A stretch of 35,687 bases of DNA from an uncultured Erysipelotrichaceae bacterium (GTDB lineage Bacteria > Bacillota_I > Bacilli_A > RF39 > UBA660): assembly GCA_902783915.1 (NCBI GenBank), contig CACZSX010000030.1, forward strand, positions 1 to 35,687, written 5' to 3'. The notes below the pieces were generated by a model. The model ran no database searches, had not been told where the DNA came from, and saw nothing but the letters and a program-made list of their open reading frames with translations. This document shows positions 8,253 to 15,637 of this stretch, piece by piece. Each line of letters opens with the position of its first letter. Within the stretch, counting starts at the first letter, position 1. The translations under genes and the position numbers were made by a program.

Positions 8253-9295
8253 AATGTTTTTCTTAATACCTTTTCTAAGTAAGTACTACTTGTATCTTTC
8301 GTATACTCTACTTCAATAATTGGAATATGTGTTATTAAATCTTCATTTAATTCTTGTTTTCTTCTTTCTATTTCTTCTATAGATACAACTCTATGTCTTA
8401 GCCATTCTCTTCTTTCATTTTCTCTATCATTTGGTGTAAAATTTGTTTCATTCAATCTTCTTATTGCTTCTTCTTTACCTAAATAACTATATCTTTCAGT
8501 ATCAGTTATTCTTGGAAATATTATTAAATCTATTTTACTTTTATCAATATTTTCTATATTAGGAAATATCTTTGGTACATCTTTTAGTGGTACATCACAT
8601 TTAGTACCATCACTGCATGTTTTATAATCTTTACCTCTTCTTTTTTCTAATGCATGAGTTCTTCTAAAATATTGATCTAAATTTCTATTTGCTCTTGCTG
8701 TACCCATCGCGTATATAATGGGAAGTGGATAATAATGCATCATTCTATTTTTTACAAATACTCTATCATTAGATATGAATCTTTCTTTAGTATCTAATTC
8801 ACTTAATTTAGTCATAAACGTTGTTTTACCACTACCAGAATTACCGAGTAAAAGTATTCCTTTATCAAATACCTCTATACCTGTACCATGCATATAAAAG
8901 TATCCTTTATCTTCCATTTCTCTTATTAATAATTCTCTAACTATCCAACTTAATCCTTTTATTGTTCCAAATAATTTATAATTATTATCATTTGTTTTAA
9001 TGCACATATACTCTTCTGTATCAATTAAATATTGACTACCATTTTTTAAATGTGTTTGATTTTTAAATGTAGAAATAACTATAGCTTCTTTTTTATTAAA
9101 ACTATTTACTAATGCATCTAATATATCCTTATCTCTATCAAAATAAATATTATAAGTAGCCACTACTTTTTCATTACATGGTGTAACAAAATTACTAAAA
9201 TATCTTTCTACTTCTTCTACATCTTCTGTAAATATATTGAAAAGGACTCCATTAATGTTTAATACTTTTTTTCTTAATTTTTTCACTAATTTCAT
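8246..9295 (-). CDS. HprK-like P-loop protein (putative kinase), 349 aa
   Basis: MHGTGIEVFDKGILLLGNSGSGKTTFMTKLSELDTKERFISNDRVFV matches the HPr kinase pattern LHG-x-x-V-x-x-x-G-x-G-V-L-I-x-G-x-SG-x-GKS...ADDRV. The start is uncertain. ATG 9295 abuts the AGGGAG SD, while GTG 9286 has a 9-nt spacing and may be the true start. Confidence 0.65.
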   Translation of the reverse strand: MKLVKKLRKKVLNINGVLFNIFTEDVEEVERYFSNFVTPCNEKVVATYNIYFDRDKDILDALVNSFNKKEAIVISTFKNQTHLKNGSQYLIDTEEYMCIKTNDNNYKLFGTIKGLSWIVRELLIREMEDKGYFYMHGTGIEVFDKGILLLGNSGSGKTTFMTKLSELDTKERFISNDRVFVKNRMMHYYPLPIIYAMGTARANRNLDQYFRRTHALEKRRGKDYKTCSDGTKCDVPLKDVPKIFPNIENIDKSKIDLIIFPRITDTERYSYLGKEEAIRRLNETNFTPNDRENERREWLRHRVVSIEEIERRKQELNEDLITHIPIIEVEYTKDTSSTYLEKVLRKTLW

Positions 9296-10076
9296 CTCCC
9301 TTCACTCTATCACCAATTTCTATTTCTGGTTTAGCAATAGGTCCATGATAATCACTGCCTGCACTTATTAATAATTTTTTTGCTATACATAACTTATGAA
9401 TATAATCTTCTTCTTCATCATTATGCTTAGTAGTAAATACTTCAACACCATCCAATCCATAATGCACTAGTTCATCAATTACTGAATCTATTACTACATT
9501 CTGTTTTCTTACTATTTCAAATGGATGCGCTAGAATTGCAATACCATCATGTTCTTTTATTTCACCAATTATTTTTTCTGCATCTTGTCTTATCTTAGGT
9601 CCTATTTTATATCTACCTAATATTTCATTAAATGCTTTATTAACAGATGGAGCATATCCATTCTTTACTAAGAACTTAGATATTTCTACTTTACCAACAC
9701 ATGTGCTTTCAGTATTATAAAAATAATTTATATCCTCTTCAGTAAATCTATAACCTTTTTTTATTAAGTCTTCTAATATTTCAAGAGTAAGTTCTTTTCT
9801 TGTCCTTTGAACAAATTCACAAGTATTTCTTAATTTTGAATCATAATCAACACCATATCCAAGTATGTGCATTTTAGTGCCATTACTTACTGCGCTCATC
9901 TCTACACCTGGTATATATGTAATATTTGGTATTGTTTCTAATACTTTTATACTTTCTACACTATCATGATCTGTTATTGAAAATAATTCAACTTTTTTAG
10001 CTTTAAGCATATCAATAAGTTCACTAATATTTTTATCACCATCTGAAAATGTTGAATGAATATGTAAGTCAATCAT
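9252..10076 (-). CDS. PHP-family metal-dependent phosphoesterase (TrpH/YciV-like)
   Basis: Motifs MIDLHIHSTFSDGD, ITDHD, GVEMS, MHILGY, LAHP, GVEVF and SAGSDYHGP. The start is set at ATG 10076 (GAGGAG upstream), which gives the family-typical N-terminus. The ORF track's 10148 start would add 24 unlikely residues that run into the promoter region. Confidence 0.8.
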   Translation of the reverse strand: MIDLHIHSTFSDGDKNISELIDMLKAKKVELFSITDHDSVESIKVLETIPNITYIPGVEMSAVSNGTKMHILGYGVDYDSKLRNTCEFVQRTRKELTLEILEDLIKKGYRFTEEDINYFYNTESTCVGKVEISKFLVKNGYAPSVNKAFNEILGRYKIGPKIRQDAEKIIGEIKEHDGIAILAHPFEIVRKQNVVIDSVIDELVHYGLDGVEVFTTKHNDEEEDYIHKLCIAKKLLISAGSDYHGPIAKPEIEIGDRVKGDEISEKIKKKSIKH

Positions 10077-10150
10077 GGGCGCACACTCCTCTCTACTTAC
10101 ATAATACACAAGATTTTTGAATAAAAAAAATACATATTTTTTATACATCC

Positions 10151-10165
10151 ATAACTTTAAGTTAT
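10151..10165. promoter_or_regulatory. candidate LysR-type regulator binding site (T-N11-A palindrome)
   Basis: ATAACTT-T-AAGTTAT is a perfect 7-bp inverted repeat with a 1-nt centre, and it contains T-N11-A. It lies between the divergent LysR gene and the eight-gene operon and directly abuts the LysR -35 box. It is about 55 bp upstream of a candidate minus-strand -10 (TATTAT, 10106..10101). Confidence 0.55.
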
Positions 10166-10172
10166 ATTTCTG

Positions 10173-10200
10173 TTGACATATCTAAAAATATATATATAAT
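10173..10200 (+). promoter_or_regulatory. sigma-A-type promoter of the LysR gene
   Basis: TTGACA (10173-10178), a 16-nt spacer, then TATAAT (10195-10200). GAGGTGA SD precedes ATG 10219. Confidence 0.65.
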
Positions 10201-10218
10201 AAAAATCGAGGTGATAGT

Positions 10219-11088
10219 ATGAATATAAGTTTTGAATATTATAAAACCTTCTGTGTGGTTTCAGAAAGCAAAAGTATTACAGAAGCAGCTGAAAAATTAA
10301 TGATCTCACAGCCCGCTATCACAAAAACTATTAAAATATTAGAAAATGAAATTGGCAGTAGTCTATTTAATAGAAGTCATTCCGGAATAAGGCTTACAAG
10401 TGAAGGAGAAAGGCTTTATGCATATGTAAAACCACTAATGCTCCAATTAGATGAAACTAAGAATGTAATGGATGAAATTATTGGTGATGGTAAAATGAAT
10501 ATAAGAATTGGTACATCTATTACAGTATTAAGAATGTTCTTAATTGAGTATATAGAAAAATATACAAAAGAACATCCAAATGTTCATATATATGTAGAAG
10601 ATAATACAAATAATAACTTGATTACTAAGATTAAAGAAGGTGCTATTGATATAGCAATAATAATTTCAAGTTATAACTATGTTAATAAGTATTCAAATAT
10701 AACTAGATACAAAATAGAAGATTTAACATATGGGTTATTCTGTAGTGATAGTTATATGGAGAATTTAAATAAGTCTGTAAGTGTACAAGATATTAAAGAT
10801 AAAAACTTTATAATAAATGTTAATACTACTGAAATAAATAAATTCTATCAGAATCATAAATTAAATAATCATTTAAGCGTTGCATCTAACTCATTTATCA
10901 TAGATTTTGTTAAAGCGGGAGTTGGTATTGGAATGGTTATAAGAGAGTTTGGTGAAAAAATATATGGAATACATGAAATAAAAGTAAAAGAAGAACTACC
11001 AAAATCTGAATTAGTAGCTCTTACAAATAATAATAAATATCATAGTATAGCAATATCTTATTTCTTAAATGGATTATTAAAAAAATAA
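10219..11088 (+). CDS. LysR-family transcriptional regulator
   Basis: N-terminal winged-HTH: FEYYKTFCVVSESKSITEAAEKLMISQPAITKTIKILENEIGSSLFNRSHSGIRLTSEGERLY. At 289 aa it has the typical length with a C-terminal co-inducer domain. It is divergent from the adjacent operon. Confidence 0.9.
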   Translation: MNISFEYYKTFCVVSESKSITEAAEKLMISQPAITKTIKILENEIGSSLFNRSHSGIRLTSEGERLYAYVKPLMLQLDETKNVMDEIIGDGKMNIRIGTSITVLRMFLIEYIEKYTKEHPNVHIYVEDNTNNNLITKIKEGAIDIAIIISSYNYVNKYSNITRYKIEDLTYGLFCSDSYMENLNKSVSVQDIKDKNFIINVNTTEINKFYQNHKLNNHLSVASNSFIIDFVKAGVGIGMVIREFGEKIYGIHEIKVKEELPKSELVALTNNNKYHSIAISYFLNGLLKK

Positions 11089-11104
11089 AAGACTAATGTC
11101 TTTT
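11087..11104. terminator. short bidirectional hairpin between the convergent LysR and APH-like genes
   Basis: AAAAGAC-TAAT-GTCTTTT, flanked by A-run and T-run. It overlaps both stop codons. The stem is only 7 bp and AT-rich, so strength is uncertain. Confidence 0.4.
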
Positions 11105-12107
11105 ATTTTAATTTTAATAATTCTTTCGATATCTTTTCTAAATTATCATATAAGTAATTACATAGATTAGTTCTAAAGAATGCAAAATCTAGTAATGAAG
11201 TTTTAGTATAATCATTATTATATTGTTTATAACCAAATGTACTTGATACTAATTGAAATATATAAATATATGGCATATATTTTAGATCATACTTTGTTAA
11301 TTTTATATATTTTTGTACTTCTTTAACGTAATCAATAAATGTATTTAGATTAAATTCTCCATTTGCGCATTCTTTATCAATATAACTATAACTTCTTATT
11401 ATTTCCCAATCAATTGGCATCTTTCTTACTGTTTCAAAATCTATTACAGCTGTTTCCTTATTATCATTATATATTAACTGTTGTACTGAATAATCTCCAT
11501 GGCATATTTTTAATGTTACCTTTTTAATATCTTTAAAATTAAAATCTAATAGTTCTTTAGATATTTCTATTCTTCTTTTTAAATCAGATATTATTTTATC
11601 TTTATATGGATTATCTTCCTTTATCTTAGTTATTAAATCACTTAGTTTATTTATTCCCTCTTCTAATCCTTCTTTAGTTGGATAATCATTATATGCACTA
11701 TCTAGTTCATAATCTTCTAATGCTTTAGTTAATTTACCTAATATAGTGGCTGATTCAATTGTCTTATAATAATCACCTGTATTATTAGGAATTGCATATC
11801 CATCAAGATATACTTGAAGTATTATTATTTTTTTCTCATATAAAATATATGGATTACCAAACTTTGTTTCTACATATGTTGGGACTTTTAATCCTTTACT
11901 ATCTAAATGTTTAATTACACTATATTCTTTTTCAATAGAAGATATTTCTCTATCACTAGTAAATTCTTTTAATATATATTTATTATCTATATTAAATATA
12001 TTAGCACTACCTCTATTAATTCTTTCAACTTTTGATACTTTAATGCCATAATTATCTTTCAATAATTCTTTAATTAAATCTTCTGTTAATACACTATCTT
12101 CTAACAT
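11103..12107 (-). CDS. APH/CotS/choline-kinase-like phosphotransferase (paralog 2)
   Basis: HGDYSVQQLIY catalytic loop and VIDFETV motif. The C-terminal half is highly similar to ORF 3010-3978. It is the last gene of the hisS-aspS chain and overlaps the upstream gene by 14 nt. Confidence 0.8.
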   Translation of the reverse strand: MLEDSVLTEDLIKELLKDNYGIKVSKVERINRGSANIFNIDNKYILKEFTSDREISSIEKEYSVIKHLDSKGLKVPTYVETKFGNPYILYEKKIIILQVYLDGYAIPNNTGDYYKTIESATILGKLTKALEDYELDSAYNDYPTKEGLEEGINKLSDLITKIKEDNPYKDKIISDLKRRIEISKELLDFNFKDIKKVTLKICHGDYSVQQLIYNDNKETAVIDFETVRKMPIDWEIIRSYSYIDKECANGEFNLNTFIDYVKEVQKYIKLTKYDLKYMPYIYIFQLVSSTFGYKQYNNDYTKTSLLDFAFFRTNLCNYLYDNLEKISKELLKLK

Positions 12108-13374
12108 TTTTTCTTCTCCTTCTTTTTGATAATTTATCTATTCTTTTATAAATTATTGCTAATATGAATAAAGATAAAATAACTATTGATATTATAAAAA
12201 TATTATAATAATCATCTTCTAATTTACTTGTATGTTCATCAATTATTACTTCATCAATAATTTCTTTTTCTGGATTCACTATTTTAGATGGGAGTACATC
12301 TTCTTTATGTAAGTTATTCCAGTCTTTATTGCTTTCTTCTATCATATAGAATCTAGATTTACCTGTATTCTTTAAATTCTTTGCTTCAGTTACATATGTA
12401 TCTATCCATGTTGGATCTATACCATACCATTTACCATCTAAATATACATTTACCCATTCATGTCCAAGTCCCGTCTTATTAAATCCACTAACTAAATATG
12501 ATTTAATACCTGCTCTATTTAATAACTTATTCTCTAAATGTGCATAATTATAACATATTCCTTTACCAGATAAACTTCTTTCTAAAATATTAAATGATGT
12601 ATCTGTATATTCACATTTATTATTAACACCACATTCATCATCATATTCTATATTATCTATCACATATATTGTTATTTTTTTAATTTTATCTAAAGCACTT
12701 AAATTATCCAATTCTAAACTATCTATTATATTTTTTAATTTAGTATCTAGTCCTTTATTTAAATACATATATTTAGTTTCATCATAATTTGAACCTACTA
12801 TATTATTTTTTTTAATATAATTTAATACTTTATCATTTACTAATTCTTCAGACCCACCAAAATCTAATTTTTTTAATTTTGGAAGATATGTAAGCGGTTC
12901 TAAACTTCTTAAATTACTAATTGAATTTAAATATATTTCTTCTAATGATACTATATTTTTTAATGTATATATACTTGTAACATAAGAACCATATAAATCT
13001 AATTTTTTAATACTTGTATTAATTAATGATGTAAAATTATCATCTACAATATATGAACTTATAAATGTCATTTCTTTAATATTACTATTATTTAATTTAA
13101 ATAAATTTATTTTACTATAAGATATTGTTACACTATATAAATTACTTAAATTATTTAAAAAACTTATATCATCAATTATTACATTTCTAATATTAATACT
13201 TTTAATATTTGGATAATATTTTAATTTATCAATATTATCTAAAGATGTTATATCAACCTCTGTTACATATTCACTATTATCAGATATAGAATCAGATAGT
13301 ATTATACTATCCGCATAACAATTTGTAATAAAACTTATACATATTATTAATAAAACTCTTAATATTCTTTTCAT
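12094..13374 (-). CDS. secreted/membrane-anchored leucine-rich-repeat protein with a transglutaminase-like cysteine protease core
   Basis: Signal peptide MKRILRVLLIICISFITNCYA. About 22-residue LRR periodicity (LxxLxxLxL-type, residues ~45-190). Transglutaminase core GKGICYNYAHL...GHEWVNVYLDGKWYGIDPTW (Cys-His-Asp). C-terminal TM helix plus a basic tail (KRRRRKNVRR). Confidence 0.75.
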   Translation of the reverse strand: MKRILRVLLIICISFITNCYADSIILSDSISDNSEYVTEVDITSLDNIDKLKYYPNIKSINIRNVIIDDISFLNNLSNLYSVTISYSKINLFKLNNSNIKEMTFISSYIVDDNFTSLINTSIKKLDLYGSYVTSIYTLKNIVSLEEIYLNSISNLRSLEPLTYLPKLKKLDFGGSEELVNDKVLNYIKKNNIVGSNYDETKYMYLNKGLDTKLKNIIDSLELDNLSALDKIKKITIYVIDNIEYDDECGVNNKCEYTDTSFNILERSLSGKGICYNYAHLENKLLNRAGIKSYLVSGFNKTGLGHEWVNVYLDGKWYGIDPTWIDTYVTEAKNLKNTGKSRFYMIEESNKDWNNLHKEDVLPSKIVNPEKEIIDEVIIDEHTSKLEDDYYNIFIISIVILSLFILAIIYKRIDKLSKRRRRKNVRR

Positions 13375-14324
13375 TATACACCACTATTTGTTAAATAATA
13401 GAATATATCAAAACCCAGTTTAATATTATCATGTCTAAGTAAGTTGTTTTTTGTAACATATACATAATTATCTTCTATTATTTTTATTTTTATATTTTCT
13501 TTATCTAATATAACAGGATCTTTTTGTTCTGTAGTTTCATAAAATTTAGCCATCTTTTTATCAATTTTAGAATTGTTTGCAACAACTATTTCTATTTTTC
13601 TTTTACCTAAATATTTATTTAATTTATTAATATGATCTGATACTTTAAAATTATCTGTTTCTCCAGGCTGAGTCATCATATTACATGCATACATTATTTG
13701 TGCTTTACTCTTATCTATTTCTTCTACTATATCTTTAATAAGAAGATTAGGTATTATACTTGTAAATAAACTACCCATTGAGAATAGTATTAAATCTGCT
13801 TCTTTAATTGCTTTTAAGGCATCTTTATTAACTCTTGGTTTTTCTTTATAGTATACTTTTTCTATTTTTTTCTTAGATAAAGTAATGTGATGTTCTCCTT
13901 CTACTATACTGCCATCATCCATTTTAGCCATCAATGTAACATTATCTTCTGTAAGAGGTATTACTTTACCTTTTAAATTTAATACTTTACTTAGTGATTC
14001 AATACCATCAGACATATTACCACATATTTCAGTGGCTGCAGTAAGTAATAAATTACCTACTGTATGTCCATCTAAATCACTTGTTGTCTTAAATCTATAA
14101 TTAAATAAATCCATAACAAGTGGTTCTGTTTCTGATAATGCCACAAGTACTCTTCTTATATCACCAACTGCCGGTATATTAAATTCTTCTCTTAGTATGC
14201 CTGTAGATGAACCATCATCACAAACTGTAACTATTGCAGAAATGTCTAATGGGAAATTTTTAAGCCCCATTAGAAGATTAGACATTCCTGTTCCTCCACC
14301 TAAAACTACTACTTTCTTTTTCAT
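13374..14324 (-). CDS. yvcK: YvcK/CofD-family protein (gluconeogenesis factor-like, UPF0052)
   Basis: N-terminal VVVLGGGTGMSNLLMGLK and overall YvcK-like sequence. 316 aa. The start overlaps the aspS stop (TAATG). Confidence 0.8.
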   Translation of the reverse strand: MKKKVVVLGGGTGMSNLLMGLKNFPLDISAIVTVCDDGSSTGILREEFNIPAVGDIRRVLVALSETEPLVMDLFNYRFKTTSDLDGHTVGNLLLTAATEICGNMSDGIESLSKVLNLKGKVIPLTEDNVTLMAKMDDGSIVEGEHHITLSKKKIEKVYYKEKPRVNKDALKAIKEADLILFSMGSLFTSIIPNLLIKDIVEEIDKSKAQIMYACNMMTQPGETDNFKVSDHINKLNKYLGKRKIEIVVANNSKIDKKMAKFYETTEQKDPVILDKENIKIKIIEDNYVYVTKNNLLRHDNIKLGFDIFYYLTNSGV

Positions 14325-15637
14325 TATGGTGTAATCCTATTTGGTCCTCTAAATAAGAACATTGTTTCTTTTAAATTTGGCATACCTAGCATTAACATTG
14401 TAATTCTATCTATTCCAAGTGCAAATCCACCATGTGGAGGGCATCCATACTTAAAGAATTCTAGATAGAACTCTACATCTTTTCCCAATCCTTTTTCATC
14501 ACATTGTGCTTTTAATACATCATATCTATGCTCTCTTTGTGCACCTGTAGTTATTTCCATACCTTTCCAGATAAGATCATATCCTTGAGGTATTCCATCT
14601 TTTCTCATATGATAGAATGCTCTTTTTTTAGCACTATAATCAGTTACAAATATAAATTCATGACCATAAACTTCTTTTGCAAATCTACCTGTTAATTTCT
14701 CTGCTTCCGCATTCATATCTCCAACGTCTTCAGTAGGTATATTGTAACCATATCTCTTTTCTAATTCCTTATATAAATCATGCAATTTAATTCTTGGAAA
14801 TGGTCTAGTTGGAATTATTATTTCCTCACCAAACATTTCTTTTATTTTTTCGCCATATAATTCTTTTACTTTAGTAAGACCTGCTATAAGTAATTCTTCT
14901 TCTAAATCCATTACTTCAGTAAAATCTTTTATATAACTAAATTCTAAGTCAAATGATGTGAATTCAGTTGTATGCCTATTAGTATTAGAATTTTCAGCAC
15001 GGAATGCTGGTGCTACTTCAAATACTTTTTCAAAACCAGCAGCCATTGCCATTTGTTTATAAAATTGTGGACTTTGAGCAAGATATGCTTTGTTTTCAAA
15101 ATATTTTACTTCAAATACATCTGATCCAGATTCAGAAGCTGCTGCTATTAATTTTGGTGTATGTATTTCAGTAAATTCATTTTCATAAAGATAATCTCTC
15201 ATGCCTTGCACAAATGCACTTTGCACTCTAAACATAAGAATATTCTTTTCGTTTCTTAAATCTAAGAATCTATAATCTAATCTAGTATCTAATAATGTAT
15301 TATTCTTATCTTTATAATTTATTGGAAGTTCATTTTCACTTCTACTATTTACTTCTATACTAGCTGGTATTACTTCCATACCATTTAATTTTACTTTTTC
15401 ATTTTCAAGTAATTTACCTGTTACAGTAACTACACTTTCTAATGTTAAATTAGAAACTATTTCATTTAATTCTTTATTATCATCATTCTTTTCTATAGTT
15501 ACTTGTATTTTACCTGTTCTATCTCTAAGTACTAAAAATTGTACATATTGTAAATCTCTTAAATTATCAATAAATCCTTTTAATACCACTTCTTCATTAA
15601 AATGTTCTTTTAATTCACAAAATTTTAACTTACTCAT
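14324..15637 (-). CDS. aspS: aspartate--tRNA ligase, archaeal/eukaryal type (type 2, 437 aa)
   Basis: Class II motifs FRAENSNTNRHTTEFTSFDLEF and GGFALGIDRITMLMLGMPNLKETMFLFRGPNRITP resemble eukaryal/archaeal AspRS (FRAE-x-SNTHRH-x-TEF...FPRDP-x-RLTP) rather than AsnRS (EFWM-x-EPE) or the ~590-aa bacterial AspRS. It sits directly after hisS, as in the classical Bacillota hisS-aspS operon. Confidence 0.8.
   Translation of the reverse strand: MSKLKFCELKEHFNEEVVLKGFIDNLRDLQYVQFLVLRDRTGKIQVTIEKNDDNKELNEIVSNLTLESVVTVTGKLLENEKVKLNGMEVIPASIEVNSRSENELPINYKDKNNTLLDTRLDYRFLDLRNEKNILMFRVQSAFVQGMRDYLYENEFTEIHTPKLIAAASESGSDVFEVKYFENKAYLAQSPQFYKQMAMAAGFEKVFEVAPAFRAENSNTNRHTTEFTSFDLEFSYIKDFTEVMDLEEELLIAGLTKVKELYGEKIKEMFGEEIIIPTRPFPRIKLHDLYKELEKRYGYNIPTEDVGDMNAEAEKLTGRFAKEVYGHEFIFVTDYSAKKRAFYHMRKDGIPQGYDLIWKGMEITTGAQREHRYDVLKAQCDEKGLGKDVEFYLEFFKYGCPPHGGFALGIDRITMLMLGMPNLKETMFLFRGPNRITP

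Noticed and set aside
3953-9295. The two HprK-like proteins as genuine HPr kinase/phosphorylases
   Set aside because: There are two divergent copies embedded in a small-molecule enzyme operon. No ptsH, lgt or other usual hprK neighbours are present. Only the P-loop core resembles HprK. Function therefore stays open.
9252-10148. Longer N-termini proposed by the ORF track for the PHP gene (10148), hisS (16943), the lipoprotein gene (35453) and the APH-like gene (4026)
   Set aside because: In each case an internal start has a much better SD and yields the family-typical N-terminus: MIDLHIHS, MEIIQRPKGTNDI, MKNKF...LVGC, and alignment with the paralog. The upstream extension runs into promoter, riboswitch or terminator sequence.
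14324-15637. Asparagine--tRNA ligase as an alternative call for the 437-aa class II synthetase
   Set aside because: Motif 2 reads ...RHTTEFTSFDLEF rather than the AsnRS-type EFWM-x-EPE. The C-terminus ends ...FRGPNRITP, like eukaryal/archaeal AspRS. The position directly after hisS fits aspS. Phylogeny is still needed for certainty.
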